Positions 10,761 through 20,978 of a stretch of 63,121 nucleotides of DNA are shown piece after piece. Where the stretch lies: contig CAMCMI010000001.1 of the NCBI GenBank assembly GCA_945875875.1, positions 1 to 63,121 of the forward strand, written 5' to 3'. The notes below the pieces were generated by a model, which saw only the letters and a program-made list of their open reading frames with translations, was not told the origin of the DNA and searched no databases. This stretch comes from Rhizobium sp. Q54 (GTDB lineage: Bacteria; Pseudomonadota; Alphaproteobacteria; Rhizobiales; Beijerinckiaceae). The first letter of the stretch is position 1. Each line of letters begins with the position of its first letter. Made by a program: the position numbers and the translations under genes.

Positions 10761-12413
10761 TTAATCTATCGACATCGGCGCTATGTCGATGAACCAGCTC
10801 TTGGGCTGCAAGACGCCTTTCACCTTCGCGCTCATTGCGCGCGGTCCAACGTCGTTGGCCACCCACACGAATGGGGCTTCTTCAACGACGCGCTTGTGCA
10901 GATTGGCGAGCGCGCCGTCGCGCGCCTTGTCGTCGAACGTCGAGCGGGCGGTGGCGATCAGCCCGTCGATTTCCGGCGTGCCGAAAAAGCCCCAATTGTT
11001 GGAGACGGGCGGAAACGTCTTGGTGGAGACGAAGCGCACCATCGCGAAGAAAGGGTCCATCGTGCCAAACGATACGTTGATCGCATTGGCGCCGCGCGCC
11101 GCGGGATCTTTCGCGCCCTGACGCCAATTGGTGAACACCGCGTTCCACTCAATCACGTCGAGTTCAACGTCGAAGAAACATTCCTTCAGCGCCTGCTGCA
11201 AAAACTCATTCATCGGCACTGGCTGCATCTGGCCCGAGCCTGATGCCGAGGTCAGCACTTTCACCTTCATCGGCTTGGCGGCGGTATAGCCCGCCTCGTT
11301 CATCAGCTTTTTGGCGCTGGCAGGATCATATTTGATATCGAATGTCGGATTTCCCCACCACGGATGATCGGGCGCAACCGTACCCTTGGGCACGCCCATC
11401 ATGCCGTTGAGCAATCCCTTCAGCTCTTCGCGATTGATGCACAGGTTGGCGGCATGGCGCGTGCGCTTGTCGAGCCAGGGGGAGCCTTCGGCAAATGAAA
11501 GCTGCCACGGCCAGACATGGGGCTGCGGATTGGAATAGATCGTGAAGCCGCGACTCTTGATCTGCGGCATGGCGTCGGGGGCGGGCGATTCAATCCAGTC
11601 CACCTGATTGGATAAAAGCGCCGCCGTGCGGGCGTTGGAATCGGCCAGCGGGATCAGCACCACGCGGTCGATCTTGGGCGTGCGCGCCGGGTCCCAATAG
11701 CTTTTGTTGGCGACCATCTCAAAGCGCTCGCGCGGTTGCAGGCGCACGCCTTTGAACGGCCCGGAGCCCGACGGATCGGAAGCAAAAGCGACCCAAGCCT
11801 GTTTGGCGCGCTCGGCGGGATCAGTCACGGAGGCGGGCACGGCTGCCAGCTTTGCGGCCCAATGGGCGGGCGAAGCCATGTAGAGATTGGTGAGGTTGAT
11901 GGGCAGGAAGCTGTCGGGCTCGCTCGTCGTCAGTTCAACCGTCAGGTCGTCGATCTTGCGGGCGGAGCGCAAGGTGGGCATGCGCGAAACTGTGAGCCCG
12001 ACTTGCGAGGGGTCAAAATGCGCTGCGTCTTTCTTCAAAACTTTCTCGACGTTCCACACCACGGCATCGGCGGTCAGCGCTGAACCGTCATGAAATTTGA
12101 CGCCGGGACGGAGTTTGAAAACCCATTTCGTTTTATCGGCGGCATCCACGGCCCATTGCGTCGCGAGCCCGGGGATGACGACGGAGGCTTTGTCGAACGA
12201 CGATAAATCCCATTGTGTGAGGCTGTCGTACATCGGGATGCCGGTGAAGCGATTGCCCTCGAAGCCCTGGTCAGGCTGGCCATGCGTGCGCGGGATATCT
12301 GCCGCCGTCATGCCGATGCGCAAAACCTTTTCCTGCGCGAACGCTGCGCCCGCCAGCATTGTGGAGGCAAGAAAACTTGTTGAAACGAGTTGCTTTATAC
12401 GATTGCGGCTCAT
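10761..12413 (-). CDS. Family-5 (peptide/nickel) ABC substrate-binding protein
   Basis: Signal peptide, LRPGVKFHDGS, SGSGPFK, SGSGQMQP; clear paralog of downstream gene. Confidence 0.93.
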   Translation of the reverse strand: MSRNRIKQLVSTSFLASTMLAGAAFAQEKVLRIGMTAADIPRTHGQPDQGFEGNRFTGIPMYDSLTQWDLSSFDKASVVIPGLATQWAVDAADKTKWVFKLRPGVKFHDGSALTADAVVWNVEKVLKKDAAHFDPSQVGLTVSRMPTLRSARKIDDLTVELTTSEPDSFLPINLTNLYMASPAHWAAKLAAVPASVTDPAERAKQAWVAFASDPSGSGPFKGVRLQPRERFEMVANKSYWDPARTPKIDRVVLIPLADSNARTAALLSNQVDWIESPAPDAMPQIKSRGFTIYSNPQPHVWPWQLSFAEGSPWLDKRTRHAANLCINREELKGLLNGMMGVPKGTVAPDHPWWGNPTFDIKYDPASAKKLMNEAGYTAAKPMKVKVLTSASGSGQMQPVPMNEFLQQALKECFFDVELDVIEWNAVFTNWRQGAKDPAARGANAINVSFGTMDPFFAMVRFVSTKTFPPVSNNWGFFGTPEIDGLIATARSTFDDKARDGALANLHKRVVEEAPFVWVANDVGPRAMSAKVKGVLQPKSWFIDIAPMSID

Positions 12414-12532
12414 CGTGTTTTTGCTCCGGCTTGTGACCGCAACCGTCGGCGCGGCGAAATTGCAGACGCATCGATCAGAAAAAATTTCAACGTCAGGTCA
12501 GAAAATTCATACGACCTTCGCTTGACCCAAAC

Positions 12533-12547
12533 GCAAAGCGCATGCCA
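12533..12547 (-). promoter_or_regulatory. sigma54 (-24/-12) promoter for the ABC operon
   Basis: Minus strand TGGCAT-GCGCT-TTGC matches TGGCAC-N5-TTGC, 120 bp upstream of the start codon. Confidence 0.75.
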
Positions 12548-12632
12548 GCTAATCATGCGATTGAATTGCGTAGCGGCAGCGTTTTGCGGAATGATTCATT
12601 CCTCATCGCGGGTGCCGATTTTGAATCCGGTT

Positions 12633-12649
12633 TGCGCTTTATGTGAGCA
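12633..12649. promoter_or_regulatory. Putative NtrC-type enhancer site
   Basis: TGCGCTTTATGTGAGCA = TGC-N11-GCA, about 85 bp upstream of the sigma54 element. Confidence 0.5.
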
Positions 12650-12693
12650 GGCGCATCAAACGTACGATGAAATTTTAAGCAACAGGGCGATAC

Positions 12694-13434
12694 ATGCACT
12701 TATTGGTCATCAATCCAAACACGACTGACTCCATCACGCATAAAGTCGCCGCTTGCGTGCGCGCGATGGTCCCGCAGTCTTGTGAGACGCAAGCCGTCAC
12801 GGCAGCTTTTGGGCCGCGCTACATCGCCAGCCGCGCCGCGTTCGCGATTGCAAGCCATGCGGCGCTCGATGCGTTCGCGCGCCATGGCGCAGGGGCTGAC
12901 GCAATTTTGCTGGCGTGCTTTGGCGATCCCGGCCTCGACGCCTTGCGCGAGATTGCGTCCGTTCCTGTGATCGGTTTGGTGGAGGCGGCGGCGCATGAGG
13001 CGAGCGCCAACGGACGCCGCTACGCCATCGTGACGGGCGGAGAGCGTTGGGGGCCAATGCTGGAGGAGATGTTGCGCTTGCGCAATCTCAATGGCCCGCT
13101 CGCCGCGATCCGCACCGTGGCGCCCAGCGGGGCGGCGATAGCAGCAGATCCTGACGGCGCCATCGCGATGCTGGCGCAAGCGTGCGAGAGCGTTGTGAAA
13201 GAGGACGGCGCGCAAGCCGTCATCCTCGGCGGCGCCGGGCTGGTGGGGCTTGCCGCACGCGTGCAGCCTTATGTGAGCGCCCCAGTCATTTGTTCAGTTG
13301 AGGCGGGCGTACGGGCTGCGCTGGCGGCTTTGACAAACGCCATACAATCAAACCAGCCGAAGCAGGCCGATAGCGTTGACAGCGTCGGCTTGTCGTCAGC
13401 GCTCGCCGCGCTGATGGCCAACGAGCAAGCCTGA
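12694..13434 (+). CDS. Asp/Glu/hydantoin racemase family protein
   Basis: INPNT, ACFGDPG motifs; second-site LGGAGL instead of LGCAG. Confidence 0.9.
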   Translation: MHLLVINPNTTDSITHKVAACVRAMVPQSCETQAVTAAFGPRYIASRAAFAIASHAALDAFARHGAGADAILLACFGDPGLDALREIASVPVIGLVEAAAHEASANGRRYAIVTGGERWGPMLEEMLRLRNLNGPLAAIRTVAPSGAAIAADPDGAIAMLAQACESVVKEDGAQAVILGGAGLVGLAARVQPYVSAPVICSVEAGVRAALAALTNAIQSNQPKQADSVDSVGLSSALAALMANEQA

Positions 13435-13519
13435 GCAAGAGTTGCTGCGCTTGTATTATCGCCCTGCGCGATTAGTGTTGCGACAATCGCCTGCGGGCGT
13501 AGCAGGCAGGGGACGCGCG

Positions 13520-14332
13520 TTGAGACTCGGGGTAATCGGCTACGGCGCAATCGTTCGGCAGGCGCTCGCCTGCCTTGCCAGCGAGGGCGCATCGCTGGAG
13601 GTTTTGATCTGCCTGACGCGCGAGGGCTCCGGCGGGCGGGCCGCTCAGGCGCTGGAGGCGTTCAGGGGCAGCCTCGCCCGCGAAGTTTTGATCGTCGACA
13701 GCCTCAGTCAGTTCATCGCCGCCCGCCCCGGTCTTGTGGCCGAAGCCGCCGGGCATGAGGCTGTTCGCGAATGCGCGCCCTCCCTGCTGATGTCCGGCGT
13801 GGACGTTCTGCTGGTCTCGGCGGGGGCTCTGGCCGACCAGAGCTTGCACGACAGCCTCAATGTGGCCGCCGGGCGCAGCGGCGCCAGATGGAGCGTCTGC
13901 TGCGGCGCCGTGGGCGGGCTCGACATCTTGGCGGCGGCAAAGCTGGCGGGCCTTGAGGAGGTCGTCTACGCCTCCCGCAAGCCGCCTTTGGCGTGGCGCG
14001 GCACGCCCGCCGAACGATTGGTTGATCTGGCGTCTCTGAAGCAGGCGCAGGTCTTCTATGAGGGCGATGCGCGCGGCGCCGCCCGCGACTATCCCCAAAA
14101 CGCAAACGTGGCCGCTACAATCGCGCTGGCGGGCGCCGGCTTTGAGCGCACGCGGGTGCGGCTGATCGCTGATCCTCTGGTGACGCGCAACGTCCACGAG
14201 ATTCGCATCCGTTCGGCCTGCGCCGATATTTCAATCGAGATCGCAGGCCATCCCGCGCCCGACAATCCCAAAACCTCCCTCACCACCGGCTTTGCGCTGG
14301 CCGCCGAAATCATCCGGACGCGTTTTTTGTAG
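13520..14332 (+). CDS. nadX: L-aspartate dehydrogenase family protein
   Basis: Rossmann IGYGAI, EAAGH, SAGALAD, GAVGGLD, RKPP, YPQNANVAA, NVHEI, NPKTS; TTG start after GGGGA. Confidence 0.88.
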   Translation: MRLGVIGYGAIVRQALACLASEGASLEVLICLTREGSGGRAAQALEAFRGSLAREVLIVDSLSQFIAARPGLVAEAAGHEAVRECAPSLLMSGVDVLLVSAGALADQSLHDSLNVAAGRSGARWSVCCGAVGGLDILAAAKLAGLEEVVYASRKPPLAWRGTPAERLVDLASLKQAQVFYEGDARGAARDYPQNANVAATIALAGAGFERTRVRLIADPLVTRNVHEIRIRSACADISIEIAGHPAPDNPKTSLTTGFALAAEIIRTRFL

Positions 14333-14350
14333 ATTGTTGACAATCTGCAA
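14327..14350. promoter_or_regulatory. GntR/FCD-type operator palindrome
   Basis: TTGTAGATTGT-tg-ACAATCTGCAA (11-bp arms, 1 mismatch) immediately upstream of the GntR gene. Confidence 0.7.
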
Positions 14351-14398
14351 TTCCGGCCGCAGTCTCGCGATCTGGGTCGCTGGACGGGGGAGGGTTGC

Positions 14399-15076
14399 GT
14401 GGACGATTTGACGATTCTGCGCACGCGCTCTTTGTCTGGCGTGCTGGAGGATGAGCTTGAGAAGGCCATCCTCGGCGGGCAGATTGCGCCGGGTGGGCGC
14501 GTCAACGAGAACGCGCTGGCGGCTCACTACGGCGTCAGCCGGGGTCCGCTGCGCGAGGCCTTGCGCACGTTGCAGGCAGCTGGCCTTGTCGTTTCCATTC
14601 CCAATCGCGGGTATTTCGTGCGGCAGGTGGACCCTGACGAGGCCACGCAGATCTATGACGTGCGCGCGGCGCTGTTTGGCCTTGCCGGACAGACGCTGGC
14701 GCGCTGTGCGTCCGATGAGCTGATCGGACAATTGCGCGAGCGCCTTGACGCAATGGATGCAGCGGCCAAAGCGCGCGATTTCGACGCCTATTATCCGCTC
14801 AACCTCGCTTTCCACGGCTTCATCGTCGAGGCGGCGGGAAATCCGGTGCTGGCTGCCCATTACCGCGATCTCGTGAAGCGGCTCAACCTGTTTCGCGCCC
14901 GCTCGCTGGTGCAGGGCGGCGGGCTTGCCGTCTCCAACGCAGAGCATCGCACCATGGTGGAAGCCGTGGCTGCGCGTGATCCCGATGCTGCGCGCGAAGC
15001 GTTTGCAGCTCACGTCAACCGTGCACGGACACGCTTGCTGTCCGCCGATTTCCAAACCGAAAAGGGTTCCGCCTAA
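14399..15076 (+). CDS. GntR family transcriptional regulator with FCD domain
   Basis: GVSRGPLREAL, PNRGYFV HTH; NLAFH and EH FCD residues. Confidence 0.93.
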   Translation: MDDLTILRTRSLSGVLEDELEKAILGGQIAPGGRVNENALAAHYGVSRGPLREALRTLQAAGLVVSIPNRGYFVRQVDPDEATQIYDVRAALFGLAGQTLARCASDELIGQLRERLDAMDAAAKARDFDAYYPLNLAFHGFIVEAAGNPVLAAHYRDLVKRLNLFRARSLVQGGGLAVSNAEHRTMVEAVAARDPDAAREAFAAHVNRARTRLLSADFQTEKGSA

Positions 15077-16492
15077 ATGTCACAGACCAGCGCAATCACG
15101 GCTGAAGCAATCGAGTTCGTCGAGAAGGTTTCCTATAACGATTTGCCCGCAGAGGCTTTGCGCATCGGCAAACGCTGCATGGTCGATACGCTGGGCGTGA
15201 TGATTGCGGGCTGTTCGGAGCATTCCGTGCATATCCTGGTCGACGACGCGCTGGAGCAGGGCGGGCGGGAAGATGCGTTGTTGCTGTCGGGCGGCGCCCA
15301 CAAGGCCCCCGCAGCTGTCGCCGCCCGCGTGCTGGGCACGGCAGGTCATGCGCATGATTGGGACGACACGCAGGTCTCGCATGACCCCGCGCACGTCTAT
15401 GGCTTGCTCACGCATCCCTCCGTGCCGCCGCTGTCGGCCTCCATCGTCATGGCGCAGCGCCTTGGCGGCGTGGACGGCAAGCGCTTCATGCTGGCGTTCC
15501 AGACCGGTTTTGAAGTTGAGTGCAAGATTTCCGAATGGATGTCGCATCGCCATTATCGTCGCGGCCATCACTCGTCGGGCACGGTCGGCACGTTCGGCGC
15601 CTGCGCATCGGCGGCCAAATTGCTCGGCCTCACGGGCGACAGGCTCGCCCACGCGTTTGGCATCGCCGCCTCGCTGGCGGCTGGCATCCGCGCAAATTTC
15701 GGCACGATGACCAAGCCCTTGCATGTGGGCCGCGCCGCAGAAAACGGCGTCACCGCGGCGCTTCTGGCGGCACGCGGCTTTACCGCCGATCCAACCGTGC
15801 TCGATGGTCAATGGGGATTCTTTGCCGTGATGGGCGAGGGCTTTGATCCATCCAAGCCCTCGCAAGGGTTTGGCCGCACGTTCACGATTGCGGACCCGGG
15901 CGTGAGCATAAAGCCCTATCCGTCGGGCATTCTGACCCATCAATCGATGGACGCGATGCTGAAGCTCGTTCTCGATCATGACCTCAAGCCTGAAGAAGTG
16001 GAGGCGATCCGCTTCTATGCGGGCAAGAACATTCTGGAGCCGATCCGCTATCCGCTCGCGGTCAATCATTTGCAGGCGAAATTCTCAATGCAGGCGCTGC
16101 TGTCGATGATGGTGTTGAAGCGCCGCGCCAGCCATCATGAATTTCTGGACGATTTCGTGTCATCGCCCGCGATGCAGGACATGCAGAAGCGCAGCCAGTG
16201 TATCGGCGATCCCGAAATCGACGCGCGCGGCTATGATCTCATTCGCTCGCGCATCGAGGTCGATACGAAGGACGGTCGCACGCTGGTGCAATGGGCGGAC
16301 GAGCGCTATCGCGGCGGCCCGCTCAATCCGCTCAGCGATTCAGACCTTGAGGGCAAGTTCCGCATGTGCGCGGAAGGCGCTCTGGGAGAAGCGCAACAGG
16401 CGCGCCTGCTTGGCGCGGTCGCGGGTCTGGAGGGCCTGGCTGACGCCGCCAGTATTGCTGACATGATGCGCTTTGAGGCTGGCAAGCACTAA
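15077..16492 (+). CDS. MmgE/PrpD family protein
   Basis: HAHDWDDT, THPS, GTMTKPLHVGRAA, KPYPSG, AKFS motifs. Confidence 0.92.
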   Translation: MSQTSAITAEAIEFVEKVSYNDLPAEALRIGKRCMVDTLGVMIAGCSEHSVHILVDDALEQGGREDALLLSGGAHKAPAAVAARVLGTAGHAHDWDDTQVSHDPAHVYGLLTHPSVPPLSASIVMAQRLGGVDGKRFMLAFQTGFEVECKISEWMSHRHYRRGHHSSGTVGTFGACASAAKLLGLTGDRLAHAFGIAASLAAGIRANFGTMTKPLHVGRAAENGVTAALLAARGFTADPTVLDGQWGFFAVMGEGFDPSKPSQGFGRTFTIADPGVSIKPYPSGILTHQSMDAMLKLVLDHDLKPEEVEAIRFYAGKNILEPIRYPLAVNHLQAKFSMQALLSMMVLKRRASHHEFLDDFVSSPAMQDMQKRSQCIGDPEIDARGYDLIRSRIEVDTKDGRTLVQWADERYRGGPLNPLSDSDLEGKFRMCAEGALGEAQQARLLGAVAGLEGLADAASIADMMRFEAGKH

Positions 16493-16622
16493 TCAGCCCG
16501 CATCCGTCAGTTAACAGGACGCCTGACAACAAGGCGCCTGCAAGGGAAGAAACGCCCGCTGGTCGCCACAAGGCGCCAGCGCCGACTGCAAAATCGGAAA
16601 CGATTACGAGAGGGAGAACATC

Positions 16623-17600
16623 ATGCGCAAACATATTATCAAAAAGCTTTCAGCAGCCTTCGTTTTTGCCGCCGTTTCAGCGTTTTTCGTCGCGCCTGCG
16701 GACGTGCGCGCGCAGCCTGCGCCCTACCCGCACAAAGTGGTGACCCTCGTCACCCATTCGAGCCCGGGCGGCGGCAGCGATGTGTTCCTGCGCGAGATGG
16801 TGAAATATCTTGGCAAATATATCGGCGCGACCTTCGTCGTTGAAAACGTCTCGGGCGGCAGCGGCGCGCGCGCGCTCTCAAAGCTTGCAACCTCCAAACC
16901 TGACGGCTCGATCTTCTACGCCACCACGCCGACTTATATTTTCACGTCGCTGCTTTCAAAGCCGCAACATACGTGGCGGGATTTGCAACCGCTGGCGGTT
17001 CTGTTCGCCGATCCTGAAGTGCTCTATACGCGCGCCGATGGCCCCCACAAAAGCGTCAGGGACGTGATCGAACACGGGCGCAAGGCGCGCGCGCGCTTCG
17101 GCGTCGCCAACCCTGCATCGCTTGAGCGACAGGCCGCCGAGCGTCTGAAGACGGCGGCGCAGATCAACGCCGCCGTGGTTTCACATGAGGGCGGCGGCGA
17201 TCTGATGATCAACGTGCTCAACGGCACGCTGGATGCGGGCGTTGGCGAGATCCAGGAATTGCGGACGCAATTGTCGGCTGGCAAAGTACGCTTGCTGGGC
17301 TCGTTCACCGACAAGCGCCTGAGCGATTTCCCCGATCTGCCGACGGTGAAAGAGCAGGGCTTTGACGTCGTGGTGCATAAATTCCGCGGCCTTGCTGGTC
17401 CCAAAGGCTTGCCCGCCGAAATCATAGCGGTATGGGAAAAGGCTCTGCCGCAGCTGCTCGCCGATCCCGATTATAAAAAGATCTATGGATCGGAAAGCCT
17501 GATCGTCGATTTCCGGGGCGCAGCGAAAGCTGGCGAACTGGTGGAGACCTTCGCACGCGAAGCCGAAGCCTTCCTGAAAGAATCCGGCGTCATCAAGTAG
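16623..17600 (+). CDS. tctC: Tripartite tricarboxylate transporter substrate-binding protein
   Basis: Signal peptide, SPGGGSD, ENVSGGSG, PDLPTVKEQG; adjacent to tctB/tctA. Confidence 0.9.
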   Translation: MRKHIIKKLSAAFVFAAVSAFFVAPADVRAQPAPYPHKVVTLVTHSSPGGGSDVFLREMVKYLGKYIGATFVVENVSGGSGARALSKLATSKPDGSIFYATTPTYIFTSLLSKPQHTWRDLQPLAVLFADPEVLYTRADGPHKSVRDVIEHGRKARARFGVANPASLERQAAERLKTAAQINAAVVSHEGGGDLMINVLNGTLDAGVGEIQELRTQLSAGKVRLLGSFTDKRLSDFPDLPTVKEQGFDVVVHKFRGLAGPKGLPAEIIAVWEKALPQLLADPDYKKIYGSESLIVDFRGAAKAGELVETFAREAEAFLKESGVIK

Positions 17601-17611
17601 GGATCGGCATC

Positions 17612-18088
17612 GTGAACGCTCACACACGGCGCGACATCACCGGAGGGCTGGCGCTATGCGCGCTGGCGCTGGCTTACTTGTGGGGCGCAACGCTCATTCC
17701 GCAAAGCACTTTGTCGGATGAAGTGGGCGCGCGCGGCTTGCCGTTCGCGCTCGGCTTTCTCCTTGCGCTGGTGGGCGCAGCTATCGCTGGCAAGGCGTGG
17801 CTCTCGCGTACAGCGGCCCATCGCGAAGAGCGCGGCGAAGGGCAGGCCTCCTTGCGCCGCGCGCTCGGGCTGCTCGCCTGCATTGCGCTTTATGTGCTTG
17901 TCGCGTGGCTTGTGGGCTACATCATCGCCAGTGCGGTTCTGCTTCTGGCCGTGTCGCTTTATGAAGGCGCGCCTTTGAACTTGCGCACGTTTGGAGTGGC
18001 GGGCGCAGGCGCAATCGTCTTCTGGCTGATCTTCGTCAAGTTCCTCAATGTCGAGCAGCCAATAGGCAAACTATTGGCGGGAAGCTGA
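17612..18088 (+). CDS. tctB: TTT small membrane subunit
   Basis: Small 4-5 TM protein with VGARGLP motif between tctC and tctA. Confidence 0.88.
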   Translation: MNAHTRRDITGGLALCALALAYLWGATLIPQSTLSDEVGARGLPFALGFLLALVGAAIAGKAWLSRTAAHREERGEGQASLRRALGLLACIALYVLVAWLVGYIIASAVLLLAVSLYEGAPLNLRTFGVAGAGAIVFWLIFVKFLNVEQPIGKLLAGS

Positions 18089-18089
18089 T

Positions 18090-19586
18090 ATGGAAATCGC
18101 GGCGCTGGTGGCTGCAATGCTGTTTGGAACCATGCTGGTTCCAGCAGCGCTCATCGGGCTTGTCTGGGGCGTCATCGGCGGTGCGATGCCGGGGCTTTCG
18201 GCCTCCGTCACGATGGCGCTGGTGTTGCCGTTCACCTATGGCATGGAGCCGATGACGGCCATTGTGCTGCTGGCTTCGGTCTACATCGGCGCCGAATATG
18301 GCGGCTCCATTCCGGCTATTTTGATCCGCACGCCGGGCACCAATTCAGCCGCCGCGACCGTGATCGACGGCTATGAGATGAAGCTGCAAGGGCGCGCTGG
18401 AGAAGCGTTGGGAATATCGCTCTGGTCCGGCGTTGTAGGCTCGCTGTTTGGATTGATCGCGCTGATCGCCTTCACCGAGCCGTTGTCGGAACTGGCGCTG
18501 GCGTTCAAGCCGATGTCGTATTTTGCGCTGGGCATTCTGGGCATGTCTATCATCGCCTCCATGTCGGGCGATTCGATCCTCAAGGGCATCGCGGCGGCGC
18601 TGGTTGGCATGATGATCGCCACCATTGGCATCGATCCCTTGTCGGGCGTCAACCGCTACACGTTCGATCTGCCCGATCTGCTTGGCGGCGTAAAGCCGAT
18701 CATGGTGATGATTGGCCTGTTTGCGGTCAGCGAATTGCTGCGCCAGTCTGGCGGCGCCGATCTTGGCTCGCAGGCGCGCATTGCGGTGCGGATCGTATTT
18801 CCTAATTTTGCAATGATGAAGCGCCTCGCCAAGCCGCAGGGAATCGGCTGTGGCGCAGGGCTTGTTGAAGGCCTGTTGCCCGGCGGCGGCGGCTCGGTGG
18901 CTGCGTTCTTTTCCTATAATGAAGCCAGGCGCTGGTCGAGCAATCCACAAGAGTTTGGCAAAGGCTCGGTGGAGGGCGTGGCTGCGCCCGAAGCCGCCAA
19001 CAACACTGTCGCAAGCTCTTCCCTGATTCCGCTTCTGAGCTTTGGCATTCCTGGATCAAATTCGGCGGCAGTGCTTTTGGGCGGCCTGCTGATCCATGGC
19101 CTGCTGCCTGGCCCGCGTTTGTTTGAACAAAACGGCGACGTGGTGACGGGGCTTTATGTCGGCTCGTTCATCGCCACCATGGCGCAAATTCCGGTTGGGC
19201 TTTTGATCCTGCCGCTGTGCATGTGGATGGTGAACCGCCCGCGCGCTTATCTCGCCGCCTTCGTGATGTTGCTCGTGATGAGCGGCGTCTACTCGCTCAA
19301 CGGCTCGTTCCTCGACATCGCTATCGTCGCGGCGTTCGGGTTCACCGGCTGGCTGATGCTCAAGGGCGGTTATCCCTTCCTGCCAGCGGTTCTTGGCGTC
19401 GTGCTGGGACCAATGGTTGAGTCCAATTATCGCCGCTCGCTCTTGTTGTCGGGCGACGATCACTCGATTTTCCTCGAAGACCCCATCGCAGTCGGCTTCC
19501 TTGTGACTGCGATGATCTTCGTGGCTTTCTCCATCTGGCGCGAACGCAAGGACGCGCTTGCCCGCTCGACTATGAAAGAAGTCTGA
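18090..19586 (+). CDS. tctA: TTT large membrane subunit
   Basis: GAMPGL, YGGSIPAILIRTPG, APEAANN, GIPGS motifs. Confidence 0.94.
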   Translation: MEIAALVAAMLFGTMLVPAALIGLVWGVIGGAMPGLSASVTMALVLPFTYGMEPMTAIVLLASVYIGAEYGGSIPAILIRTPGTNSAAATVIDGYEMKLQGRAGEALGISLWSGVVGSLFGLIALIAFTEPLSELALAFKPMSYFALGILGMSIIASMSGDSILKGIAAALVGMMIATIGIDPLSGVNRYTFDLPDLLGGVKPIMVMIGLFAVSELLRQSGGADLGSQARIAVRIVFPNFAMMKRLAKPQGIGCGAGLVEGLLPGGGGSVAAFFSYNEARRWSSNPQEFGKGSVEGVAAPEAANNTVASSSLIPLLSFGIPGSNSAAVLLGGLLIHGLLPGPRLFEQNGDVVTGLYVGSFIATMAQIPVGLLILPLCMWMVNRPRAYLAAFVMLLVMSGVYSLNGSFLDIAIVAAFGFTGWLMLKGGYPFLPAVLGVVLGPMVESNYRRSLLLSGDDHSIFLEDPIAVGFLVTAMIFVAFSIWRERKDALARSTMKEV

Positions 19587-19590
19587 ACCT

Positions 19591-20976
19591 ATGCATGACG
19601 CCCTTTCTTCTCCCGCAGCAAAGCCCGTCGCGCTCGCCGTCGGGCAATTTTCCGCCGCCGTAATAGCGGAGAAACTGCCTGCAAGCACGGCTAAAGTTTG
19701 CGCTCAATTGATGATTGACGTAGCTGGCCTGTGCGTGGCCGCGCGCAACACGGATTACGTGCAGGCCTGCCTTGCAAGCGTTTTATCGGATGGACCCGTC
19801 ACCGCCATTGGCCACACGCGCACCATGAACGCCTATGACGCGGCGCTGGTCAACGGCACGGCGGCCCATGGCGAGGATTTCGACGATACGTTTGAAGGCG
19901 GCCCTGTGCATGCCGGCGCCGTCATCGTACCAGCCGTTCTGGCGATTGCGCAGCAACGCGGGCTTGACGGAAATGCCGTGATGAAGGGCGTTGCAGCTGG
20001 CGTTGAAATCATGTGCCGCATGTCGCTGGTGACGCCGCAGGCAATGCATAAAGCGGGCTTTCATCCCACCGCCGTCATCGGCGCGCTGGCTGGCGCGGCG
20101 GCTGTTGGCGCAACGATCGGGCTGGATGGCCCGCGCATCGCCCGGGCCATGGGCATTGCGGGATCTTTGGCGTCGGGCATTATCGAATATCTGGCTGACG
20201 GCAGCTGGACCAAGCGTCTGCATGCAGGCTCCGCTGCGCAAGCGGGTATCCGCGCAGCCCTTCTGGCAGAGGCGGGATTTGTCGGCCCACCCACCGTGCT
20301 TGAAGGAACGCATGGCTTTTATAAAGCGTTCGGCCCTTCAAGGGTGCCCGATTTCTCGCACCTCCTCGACGGGCTTGGAACACGCTGGGTGACGGATGGC
20401 GTCGCCTTCAAGCCGTTCGCCTGCGGAACCATGACGCAACCCTATGTCGATTGCGCGATTGAACTTGCGCGCGAGGGCGTGCGCGCAGAGGATATTGTTT
20501 CCATCGTTTGCAATGTTGGCGAGGGCACGGTGCATCGCCTGTGGGAGCCGCTGGCGTTGAAGCAGGCGCCGCCGAATGGATATGCGGGCAAGTTCTCGAC
20601 GCCCTATTGCATCGCAGTCGGTTTCATCGACGGCGACGCAGGGCTTGGGCAATTCACCAATGAGCGCACGCAAGATGCCGCAATCCGCGCGCTGGCCGCA
20701 AAAATCTCGTTCGTTATTGATCCTGAAAACCCTTATCCAAATGAGTTTACCGGCCATATGCGCGCAACGCTGAAAGATGGCAGGGTGATCGAGAAACATC
20801 GCGCGCACATGCGCGGCGGGGCGCACGAGCCGCTGTCGGATGAGGCAATTCTGGCCAAGTTCCGCGCCAACGCGCGCTTTGGCGGCTGGGATGCTGGGCG
20901 CACAAACGCACTTGAAACTGCGCTGGCTGCAATTGCAGCTGGCGGCAAAGTTGATTTCACGAAAGTTGAGGGCTGA
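19591..20976 (+). CDS. MmgE/PrpD family protein
   Basis: NGTAAHGEDFDDT, GFHPT, WTKRLHAG, KPFACG, KFSTPY. Confidence 0.92.
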   Translation: MHDALSSPAAKPVALAVGQFSAAVIAEKLPASTAKVCAQLMIDVAGLCVAARNTDYVQACLASVLSDGPVTAIGHTRTMNAYDAALVNGTAAHGEDFDDTFEGGPVHAGAVIVPAVLAIAQQRGLDGNAVMKGVAAGVEIMCRMSLVTPQAMHKAGFHPTAVIGALAGAAAVGATIGLDGPRIARAMGIAGSLASGIIEYLADGSWTKRLHAGSAAQAGIRAALLAEAGFVGPPTVLEGTHGFYKAFGPSRVPDFSHLLDGLGTRWVTDGVAFKPFACGTMTQPYVDCAIELAREGVRAEDIVSIVCNVGEGTVHRLWEPLALKQAPPNGYAGKFSTPYCIAVGFIDGDAGLGQFTNERTQDAAIRALAAKISFVIDPENPYPNEFTGHMRATLKDGRVIEKHRAHMRGGAHEPLSDEAILAKFRANARFGGWDAGRTNALETALAAIAAGGKVDFTKVEG

Positions 20977-20978
20977 AC

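Noticed and set aside
16493-16622. Possible riboswitch or sRNA before tctC (ACAAGGCGCC occurs twice)
   Set aside because: No recognisable aptamer consensus or convincing structure; a short repeat can occur by chance
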